Below, one piece after another: positions 57,796 through 64,000 of a stretch of DNA of 64,000 nt. The notes below the pieces were generated by a model, which saw only the letters and a list, made by a program, of their open reading frames with translations, ran no database searches and had not been told where the DNA came from. Source of the stretch: a virus (lineage: Duplodnaviria > Caudoviricetes). The position numbers and the translations under genes were made by a program. Numbering within the stretch: the first letter of the stretch is position 1; each line of letters opens with the position of its first letter. The stretch spans positions 9,279-73,278 of the IMG/VR virus record IMGVR_UViG_3300042905_005059, one strand, 5' to 3'.

Positions 57796-58135
57796 CATTG
57801 TAAAAGCGTGTTCTTGCGCTGCGGTAAGCTTCCTGCTCTATAGGACAGATTTTCTTATGGAGTATGGAAAACTTTTTCGTCTACACTCAGATAAGACAAG
57901 ATTAGATTATATGTGCTTTAAGTTAAAATCTCCTAAAGCAAATTATTTAGAATATCTTAATTTTAAATATAACAACTTCATAACAAAGCTTATCTCTTGC
58001 CCTTATTGTTTGGGTTTTTGGATGAGTTGCTTTATTTGTTTTTTTAGCTATGATTTGTTTTTTGTTTATTATGTGTATATTCTTTTGTACTCAACGTTAC
58101 TATTAATAATAGACTCAAATGGAATTAGAAATTAA
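57779..58135 (+). CDS. Small membrane protein (DUF1360-like)
   Basis: KLISCPYCLGFW followed by hydrophobic segments. Start uncertain. Confidence 0.5.
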   Translation: MGIQVDIVKACSCAAVSFLLYRTDFLMEYGKLFRLHSDKTRLDYMCFKLKSPKANYLEYLNFKYNNFITKLISCPYCLGFWMSCFICFFSYDLFFVYYVYILLYSTLLLIIDSNGIRN

Positions 58136-58418
58136 AGGCTTCATAGAGTTTTGTAGATTTTTATCTCAAAACCCAGATAAAATAATAAACAATCCGCAGC
58201 TATTCAAAGTATTAGAATTCTGTCACCAATCAATATCTTCGTGTTCTTGCACTGGGAAGACCCCAAGTTCTCAATTCGAAGAAAAATATTACGAGCAAAT
58301 CAAAAGTTTGGATGAATCAACTCTCTTATCTATTGGAGAAATTTTTGATGTAAGAAAAGATCTTAGCGCAGTTTATCTTACCTTTCCTATTAATGACATT
58401 AAAATAAAAATAAAATGA
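58119..58418 (+). CDS. Hypothetical protein
   Basis: 99-aa ORF overlapping its neighbours. Confidence 0.6.
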   Translation: MELEIKGFIEFCRFLSQNPDKIINNPQLFKVLEFCHQSISSCSCTGKTPSSQFEEKYYEQIKSLDESTLLSIGEIFDVRKDLSAVYLTFPINDIKIKIK

Positions 58419-58591
58419 GCAAAAGACTAGATATTAATAAAAAGTTAATTGGCAAACACATAAGAGTTTTAGACTCTCAAGGAGAATGGGTTGGAGAAGT
58501 TGTAGATGTTAAAGATGATGATACGTTTATAGTATCAAACGGCAATACTTTAGTTGCTGTTGATATTTTTGATGTAAGGTCTTTAGATTAA
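58415..58591 (+). CDS. Hypothetical 58-aa protein (small beta-barrel-like), absent from the ORF track
   Basis: ATGA overlap; MSKRLDINKKLIGKHIRVLDSQGEWVGEVVDVKDDDTFIVSNGNTLVAVDIFDVRSLD. Confidence 0.65.
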   Translation: MSKRLDINKKLIGKHIRVLDSQGEWVGEVVDVKDDDTFIVSNGNTLVAVDIFDVRSLD

Positions 58592-58632
58592 TAAACGCGC
58601 ATTGATTTGCAATTTTAGTGTAACTTTACTAT

Positions 58633-58833
58633 ATGCCACTAATGAAACCTGAAAAATCAGAAGAGCAAAAAAAATTCGTCAGCAGATGCGTCGGAGATTC
58701 TTCGATGGTAGAAGAATTTCCCGATCAAAAACAAAGGATTGCTGTTTGCTATAGCCAGTTTAAGAGAAAAGCCAAAGCTTCAGAGTCGCTAGACTGGGAA
58801 GACTCCGCTGACGAGTCTTTCATCATTTATTAA
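58633..58833 (+). CDS. Small phage head-morphogenesis-associated domain protein
   Basis: MP..KP...E...FVSRC.......EFPDQKQRIAVCYSQ, a motif I associate with N-termini of phage head/prohead proteins. Confidence 0.5.
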   Translation: MPLMKPEKSEEQKKFVSRCVGDSSMVEEFPDQKQRIAVCYSQFKRKAKASESLDWEDSADESFIIY

Positions 58834-58834
58834 T

Positions 58835-58860
58835 AAAAAAGGCGCGTCAAACGACGCGCC
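58835..58860 (-). terminator. Intrinsic terminator
   Basis: GGCGCGTC-AAAC-GACGCGCC with a T6 tract on the - strand, between convergent genes. Confidence 0.8.
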
Positions 58861-58879
58861 GTGTATGTTTAGCGTAGGA

Positions 58880-59134
58880 TCAACGCTTCTTTGTTGAGCC
58901 TGCGCTTCCTGCGCTACCGGAACTTGTTGTCTTGCCAAGATTTCCTGCGTTTCCAGCATTGCCTGAATTTAGTGCGGCATTTTTGGTTGAGCCTGCGCTT
59001 CCTGTGCCTCCTGAACTCGTTGGCTTTCCAAGATTTCCTGCGTTTCCAGCATTACCAGAATTGCCCGACTTCGCTACGGCCTTCTTAGTTGTCTTCTTAG
59101 TGTTCTTACTCATCTTAAATTTATAATTTGCCAT
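58880..59134 (-). CDS. Small basic Gly/Asn/Ser repeat peptide
   Basis: K-rich N-terminus plus two 31-aa units (93-nt period) differing mostly at third codon positions. Own terminator. Alternative start at 59113. Confidence 0.6.
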   Translation of the reverse strand: MANYKFKMSKNTKKTTKKAVAKSGNSGNAGNAGNLGKPTSSGGTGSAGSTKNAALNSGNAGNAGNLGKTTSSGSAGSAGSTKKR

Positions 59135-59154
59135 TCAAAAAAATCAAAAAAATC

Positions 59155-59183
59155 TTGACTTTATTTCAATTTAGTTTGATATT
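59155..59183 (+). promoter_or_regulatory. Possible sigma-70-type promoter
   Basis: TTGACT-N17-GATATT upstream of the HNH gene; weak -10. Confidence 0.4.
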
Positions 59184-59186
59184 TTT

Positions 59187-59804
59187 ATGCTGATGGGGAT
59201 AGAAGATAAAATCATTTGCCTGTGCCTCAATAAAAGATGGCAACCAATCGGAGTTAAATCCGTAAGAGATGCTTTCAGCGAATTGGTGCATCCTAATTGT
59301 GTCGCTTTAAATGTCATCTATAAGAAAAATAAAGATGAGTCTTTGGACTTCTCTGAGGTAGAAGATATACAAGCAGTTAAATGGGAAGATTGGATTAAGC
59401 TTCCAGTTAGAGAATGCGACTTGGAAATAAGGACAAGTAAAATGTCCATAAGAGTTCCCACTATTATTGCTTCTTCTAAGTATTCAGAAATACCTACTAA
59501 AAGATTTAGGCCAACTAAACGCAATATATGGCTTAGAGATAATGGTATTTGTCAATATAGTGGCAAGAAATTGAAGCCAGAAGAAGCCAACATAGATCAT
59601 CCTTTTCCAAAATCTAGAGGTGGACCAAACACTTGGGAGAACATGGTCCTATGCCATAAAGACATAAACTCTAAAAAGGGAAGCAAAACTCCCGAAGAGG
59701 CTGGGCTAAAGCTTATTAGAAAGCCAAAGCCAATGTCTCCCAAGTTAATGAGTGATTCAATTGAATTTAAAAACCATATTGATTGGAGCGTATTTTTGAA
59801 ATGA
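59187..59804 (+). CDS. HNH endonuclease
   Basis: IWLRDNGICQYSG, NIDHPFPKSRGGPNTWENMVLCH..INS.KG. Confidence 0.88.
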   Translation: MLMGIEDKIICLCLNKRWQPIGVKSVRDAFSELVHPNCVALNVIYKKNKDESLDFSEVEDIQAVKWEDWIKLPVRECDLEIRTSKMSIRVPTIIASSKYSEIPTKRFRPTKRNIWLRDNGICQYSGKKLKPEEANIDHPFPKSRGGPNTWENMVLCHKDINSKKGSKTPEEAGLKLIRKPKPMSPKLMSDSIEFKNHIDWSVFLK

Positions 59805-60502
59805 ATAAAATAATAGGAATATCAGGACTAGCTGGAGACGGCAAAGACTCTTTGTGTAATATGCTAAGAGTTTTATTTGAAGGTTCTGGATACGCATTTG
59901 AGCGCATGGCTTTTGCTGAAGAAATAAAAGAAGAATGCCGCGAAGCGTTGATGTCTATGTACAATATTAATCCATTGACATGCTCAAGAGAAGACAAGTC
60001 TACAATTAGAGATTTTCTAGTTTTCTACGCTAAAGTGAAGAGAGAAGAGTCGAGCGGCACTCACTGGGTAAAAAAGTTAGACAAAAAAATCAAGGCTCTT
60101 CCTAAATCTAAACTAGACAGAATAATTTGCATCCCTGATGTTCGTCATGCGCAATACGAAAAAGATGAAGCCCAATGGATCAAAAAAAAGAAAGGTATCT
60201 TGATTCATGTCAAGAAGTATCAACTAGAAGAAGCTTTCACTTTCAAGAAATCTTATTCTATTCCAGTTAATAATGAAGAGGCGACACATACCCCAAAGCT
60301 AGAAGCTCTCGCTGATTTTGTTATTGAATGGCAAGACACTTCTCCTGTTGCTCCTGAAAACAGCCACTTCTCAAGAGAACTAGTTATTGAATTATTTATT
60401 CTTATCAGAGGCTTGTTACTTGTTGACCCACCCAAAGAGACAAAGCGTCTCAGCAAGTCTCAAAAAGCTCGCAAAAACATAGAAAAGCTAAAGAAAATAT
60501 AG
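59801..60502 (+). CDS. dNMP-kinase-like P-loop protein
   Basis: IIGISGLAGDGKD and IPDVR...E..WI. ATG 59801 is in ATGA overlap with the HNH stop. Confidence 0.75.
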   Translation: MNKIIGISGLAGDGKDSLCNMLRVLFEGSGYAFERMAFAEEIKEECREALMSMYNINPLTCSREDKSTIRDFLVFYAKVKREESSGTHWVKKLDKKIKALPKSKLDRIICIPDVRHAQYEKDEAQWIKKKKGILIHVKKYQLEEAFTFKKSYSIPVNNEEATHTPKLEALADFVIEWQDTSPVAPENSHFSRELVIELFILIRGLLLVDPPKETKRLSKSQKARKNIEKLKKI

Positions 60503-60518
60503 TGGCATATCTTTTGCT
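60503..60518 (+). promoter_or_regulatory. Sigma-54 (-24/-12) promoter
   Basis: TGGCAT-ATCTT-TTGCT matches TGGCAC-N5-TTGCW with correct GG/GC spacing; 14 nt before the Hsp20 ATG. Confidence 0.65.
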
Positions 60519-60532
60519 TAACTGAGACGCCT

Positions 60533-60868
60533 ATGTATTACACACTTAAATCATCAACTCAATTGACTAAAGAACTCAACAGCTATCTAACATTAGACTT
60601 GTGGAAAGAGACAGAAGAAGCATTCAAATTAGAGCTTGACACTCCGGGCTTTTCAAAGAATGAAGTGTCCGTAACTTCTAAGGGAAATATTATTTGCGTA
60701 ACCATCTCTCCTAAGCAAGGAAACAAGAGGGCTCCATTTTCGGCAGAGTATAAGCTTCCAAATTCTGCCGTCGTTTCTGAGTCTGCTGCTCTTCTTGAAG
60801 ATGGCGTTCTAAAGGTTTTAGTTCCTAAAAAAGAACAAGAGAAAGTCAGCGTTATTCCAATAAAATAA
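60533..60868 (+). CDS. Small heat-shock protein (Hsp20/alpha-crystallin)
   Basis: LELDTPGFSKNEVSV...YKLP......A.LEDGVLKVLVPK. Confidence 0.88.
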   Translation: MYYTLKSSTQLTKELNSYLTLDLWKETEEAFKLELDTPGFSKNEVSVTSKGNIICVTISPKQGNKRAPFSAEYKLPNSAVVSESAALLEDGVLKVLVPKKEQEKVSVIPIK

Positions 60869-60870
60869 TC

Positions 60871-60900
60871 TTGACATTCTAAAAAATAGAATCATATTAT
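60871..60900 (+). promoter_or_regulatory. Sigma-70-type leaderless promoter
   Basis: TTGACA with CATATT (N16) or TATTAT (N18); ATG 60907 lies 6 nt after TATTAT. Confidence 0.6.
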
Positions 60901-60906
60901 ATTGCC

Positions 60907-61098
60907 ATGAGCAATACATACACACTAACAGTTCAAGAGTCGGATAAGGGCGTTCTATCAGTAACCAATGTGGAGCGCACGGTTCGCGTAAATCAACATC
61001 GCGTAGATTCAAAGCGAATGTCGCCAAACGCTTTCGGTTTTGCATCTGCGGCAGATCCGCAAAGCATGACTAAGCGAGCCGCCCGAAAGACTCGATAA
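60907..61098 (+). CDS. Hypothetical basic protein
   Basis: 63-aa ORF directly after a promoter. Confidence 0.65.
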   Translation: MSNTYTLTVQESDKGVLSVTNVERTVRVNQHRVDSKRMSPNAFGFASAADPQSMTKRAARKTR

Positions 61099-61105
61099 CT
61101 GAAAC

Positions 61106-61126
61106 GGGGGAGCCAAAAGCTCCCCC
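61106..61126. repeat. GC-rich hairpin
   Basis: GGGGGAGC-CAAAA-GCTCCCCC between two + genes; no clear U tract. Confidence 0.7.
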
Positions 61127-61133
61127 AAATTTT

Positions 61134-61331
61134 ATGGAAAACCAAGTCGAAATGCTTTTAAAGACTAGCGATTTTTATATTCGTGAGTCTCAACGTGTTC
61201 AAGCTAAGCTAAAGAAGGCTAAAACAAAAAAAGAAAAAATAAAAATCCTTGAAGACCTTCAGAATCTTCAAAAAAAAATCGCTTTCGAAATTGCAGAAAT
61301 AAATAAACTGCTTGATAGCCAAGATCAATAA
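61134..61331 (+). CDS. Hypothetical coiled-coil protein
   Basis: 65-aa K/E/L-rich helical ORF. Confidence 0.55.
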   Translation: MENQVEMLLKTSDFYIRESQRVQAKLKKAKTKKEKIKILEDLQNLQKKIAFEIAEINKLLDSQDQ

Positions 61332-61849
61332 GCTGTATATCCGTAAGTTCTTCCCGATCTGATATATGGGAAAACATCTGGGTATTGCCCAGCAACAATA
61401 TCGTCTCCAACAACGTGGACCGGCGCTGATTTTTTTGTTCTATATGCGTTTATTAGTTTTTGTAAGATGTCTTCTTCTATTTTCTTTTCTGCGGATACCG
61501 CTCTAATTATTTGAGTCTTGTCTAATTTTCTTACTTTTTGATCTTGATCTGTTACTTCTACGATGTCGTCGGAGTCTATAGCTGTCAATTTTGATCTTAT
61601 GATTACAGAGTATCTATGAACAAGATACATCTTTTTTAAGATTGATACGGCATTAATATCTATTTCCACAGTGCTGTCGCTTCCGTCTACTATTTCATAA
61701 GTAGTCTCGTTAACTACAAAATTAGAAAAAATTAAATTATTTAATGCTCCGACGTTAGATCTGACCCAATAAGCAATCGCGGCAATACTTAAATCGCTAG
61801 GACTATTTAAGTCAAAATAAATTTCTTGGGCTATATCAACAACCTTCAT
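61325..61849 (-). CDS. Hypothetical virion (head-tail connector-like) protein
   Basis: 174-aa ORF ending the tail-fibre module, with a GTGTAA motif 9 nt upstream. Function is inferred only. Confidence 0.45.
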   Translation of the reverse strand: MKVVDIAQEIYFDLNSPSDLSIAAIAYWVRSNVGALNNLIFSNFVVNETTYEIVDGSDSTVEIDINAVSILKKMYLVHRYSVIIRSKLTAIDSDDIVEVTDQDQKVRKLDKTQIIRAVSAEKKIEEDILQKLINAYRTKKSAPVHVVGDDIVAGQYPDVFPYIRSGRTYGYTAY

Positions 61850-61883
61850 ATTAGTTAATTACACAAGAATAAGAGTTCTAACT

Positions 61884-62468
61884 TTATTTTTCTATTGGCG
61901 GAAATGGTGGTATAGTTATATTTGGAGCAGACGTAGGAATCGCAGGCCAAGCTAGTTGACTATAATCAGAAATATCAAACATTGTTCTTAATTGTTGTCT
62001 AAAAATTAGAAAATCACTCTTAGCCTGTTCTGTTATAGGTGCGTCTGGAAGTTGGGTAAAATCAGTTAATTTAAGATAGGAATCTCTTACTGGCACATAA
62101 GAGGCTCTCATTTTTTTATTTTTTATGTCTATTTCTATCTCAGTTAGATCTTGTTCGGAGTAAGTCACATCAACAGTCTTATTAACATTATTGATTGTGT
62201 TGGTTGTTATTATTTTTTTATAATATGTTGTTGTTGGCTTTACTGCAAAATTAGCTATCCAAAAACCTAAATCAGATCTGCCAGCCCAACCTAGATCAAG
62301 CAACAGATCTGGGCCAGAAGTTTCTAAGTTATTAAATCCGCTAATATTTAAAAATTCAGGCGGCAATAATTGCGCCACCCCAGCAACAACGTTTGAAAAT
62401 GGCTGAAGGCTTTCATATATGGTTCCTGTTCCATCGCTATTTATTGAAATTAAAAAATAAAGATTCAT
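61884..62468 (-). CDS. Tail fibre assembly chaperone-like protein
   Basis: VRDSYLKLTDFTQLPDAP......FLIFRQQLRTM matches the R-x-x-LL-x-x-(S/T)D-x-x-Q-x-x-D...YRQxLR motif. Confidence 0.7.
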   Translation of the reverse strand: MNLYFLISINSDGTGTIYESLQPFSNVVAGVAQLLPPEFLNISGFNNLETSGPDLLLDLGWAGRSDLGFWIANFAVKPTTTYYKKIITTNTINNVNKTVDVTYSEQDLTEIEIDIKNKKMRASYVPVRDSYLKLTDFTQLPDAPITEQAKSDFLIFRQQLRTMFDISDYSQLAWPAIPTSAPNITIPPFPPIEK

Positions 62469-62469
62469 A

Positions 62470-63282
62470 TTATGGTATTCCTAATTTTGGTTTTAAACTC
62501 TGAAGAATTGCATCAGCTTTAGCATAGGTAAATCCTTGGGGGTAAGAATTGCTTGTATATTCAAATCCTGACAACCAATCGCCAATTAAAACATTTGGCA
62601 AATAATTATCATCCCAACCACCATATTTGCCAAGAGCAGGAGATCCAGCTGTAGTTAAATTTACTCCTCCAATGCTTGTGTTAACATAAGATTGTCCAGC
62701 ACTACTATAAATCGCAAAGTATCCTTCATTAAAATATTGAGATTGACCTATTAATGCAATATAACGTCTTCCAGCTACTGGTGAAATGCCAGAAGAAACT
62801 CCAGATCCGTTCCTAGAAAAAATATAAGGAGTCACTCCATATCCTGAAGTGCCTAACCAAAAATCGTGACTACTTCCCTGATATGCTCCTAGAATAATAT
62901 CAGCACCATATGTAGTATTAGATGCTACGTACTCCCAACTAACTATAAAAGTGAACTCTGTAGTTCCATTACTGCTGTAATTACTGCCAGCACTGGTAAT
63001 AGTTTTTCCCGTACCCGGACTATACCCAGTTGTATTATTTAAATGCAACATTCCTCCATATCTATTTGGATAATAATCAGTCGCAGAAACATTATTAGCC
63101 ACAAAATTTGAAGCGTTATAATAAGAAATATCTCTACACGCGGTTAGGCTTTTCCTAGGATTATAACTAAGCCCTTGTCTAAAATTAAGAAGAGTGAAAA
63201 AGTTTGCGCCGGGTTGATACGCAATACCTAAACCATAAGGAAATGCGGTTCCGACTATATTAGATGCACAATTAGTTAACAT
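62470..63282 (-). CDS. Tail-fibre-associated LamG-like protein
   Basis: G/S/Y/T-rich beta protein between the fibre and the chaperone. Confidence 0.5.
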   Translation of the reverse strand: MLTNCASNIVGTAFPYGLGIAYQPGANFFTLLNFRQGLSYNPRKSLTACRDISYYNASNFVANNVSATDYYPNRYGGMLHLNNTTGYSPGTGKTITSAGSNYSSNGTTEFTFIVSWEYVASNTTYGADIILGAYQGSSHDFWLGTSGYGVTPYIFSRNGSGVSSGISPVAGRRYIALIGQSQYFNEGYFAIYSSAGQSYVNTSIGGVNLTTAGSPALGKYGGWDDNYLPNVLIGDWLSGFEYTSNSYPQGFTYAKADAILQSLKPKLGIP

Positions 63283-63289
63283 AATAATA

Positions 63290-64000
63290 TTATAAAGATG
63301 TACTTACCAAAGCCTGAGCAACAACAGTTCCTATCCAAACCCCTGTGGTTCCCTGATAAGATGTTAACATATATACGTCAGCATAACCTGACACACCAGT
63401 TACGGTTGGAGTTACGCTATTCGCCCATAAAACATTGGTCCATGTAATAGTATGACTACCAGAATATTTAAATACTAAAATCAACGTATTAACTCTTGGA
63501 TTACTACTTCTATTGTTATATGTTATACTCGATGATACTGTGCCTGCCGCAACTGATATTACATGCAAGTTTGAAGATTGAACGTCAATTGTAAGAGCAG
63601 CGGTTCCGCTAATAGATTGCGTTGCACTATCTTGTACCACCGCACCGTTAATATATAAATTGTTTCCGTCAAATGTTAAGTTGGCTTCGCCGTTAATTGT
63701 AGCAGATGCAGTTGCACTTAAAATATAATTATCAACGTTATTTGATATGGCCGCCGAACCAGTGCCGCCTGTCCCTCCAGTAGCACCTGCTGATCCAGTT
63801 GATCCAATTCCGCCTGTGCCACCAGTAGCACCTGTTGATCCAGTAGAGCCTCTAGACCCAATCGAACCAATCGCCCCTGTTCCGCCTGTGCCACCAGTAC
63901 CTCCAGTGGCTCCAGTGGCTCCAACGCCGCCTGTGCCACCAGTACCTCCAGTGGCTCCAGTGGCTCCAGTGGCTCCAGTGGCTCCAACGCCGCCTGTGCC
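63290..64000 (-). CDS. Collagen-like tail fibre, 5' part beyond the window
   Basis: Frame is open from 64000: [14 protein letters not shown]...[32 protein letters not shown]..., continuing into track ORF 63290..63640. Confidence 0.8.
   Translation of the reverse strand, partial: GTGGVGATGATGATGATGGTGGTGGVGATGATGGTGGTGGTGAIGSIGSRGSTGSTGATGGTGGIGSTGSAGATGGTGGTGSAAISNNVDNYILSATASATINGEANLTFDGNNLYINGAVVQDSATQSISGTAALTIDVQSSNLHVISVAAGTVSSSITYNNRSSNPRVNTLILVFKYSGSHTITWTNVLWANSVTPTVTGVSGYADVYMLTSYQGTTGVWIGTVVAQALVSTSL
63758..64000 (-). repeat. Gly-X-Y (GAT/GGT/GST) coding repeat
   Basis: Tandem 9-nt units such as GGAGCCACT, plus duplicated larger blocks. Confidence 0.9.

Noticed and set aside
58891-59126. 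+ strand ORFs over the repeat peptide
   Set aside because: The - strand frame has regular Gly periodicity and a matching terminator; the + frames are shadows.
63718-63987. [14 protein letters not shown]...
   Set aside because: Alternative-frame reading of the Gly-X-Y repeat.
1-64000. CRISPR array, stop-codon reassignment, inteins in DnaE/DnaB/RecA/NrdJ
   Set aside because: No repeat-spacer array. Standard-code ORFs tile the window, and TAA, TGA and TAG all serve as stops. Enzyme lengths and motif spacing leave no room for inteins.

Overview
AT-rich segment of a large tailed-phage genome. No rRNA, tRNA or CRISPR array was seen. Layout: (1) 1-28.9 kb, + strand: a tightly coupled run of large, mostly orphan virion/tail/baseplate-type genes, including a 3175-aa protein. 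(2) 28.9-42.4 kb, - strand: replication/recombination genes (RecA/UvsX, Vsr-like nuclease, DnaB helicase, DnaG-like primase, PD-(D/E)XK nuclease, Pol III alpha with separate PHP and DEDDh genes, a Whirly-like ssDNA-binding candidate, a Rad52-like protein), with two glycosyltransferase genes inserted. (3) 42.4-55.4 kb, - strand: a glycosylation island (Gmd, a ColD-like His-type PLP dehydratase, about 10 more glycosyltransferase-type genes), interrupted by a class II RNR. (4) 55.5-61.3 kb: DUF736-like gene, sigma-70-family factor preceded by a ~450-nt structured non-coding region, dUTPase, HNH, dNMP kinase-like gene, Hsp20 with a sigma-54-type promoter, and small ORFs. (5) 61.3-64 kb, - strand: tail-fibre module with a collagen-like fibre running off the window end. 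Main leads: the Whirly-like SSB, a GDP-colitose-type pathway with many GTs (including two apparently split GT9s), the structured leader of the sigma gene, and a three-class promoter system (leaderless TTGAC-CATAAT, a GTGTAA motif, sigma-54). All family assignments come from motif recognition by eye; no searches were run.
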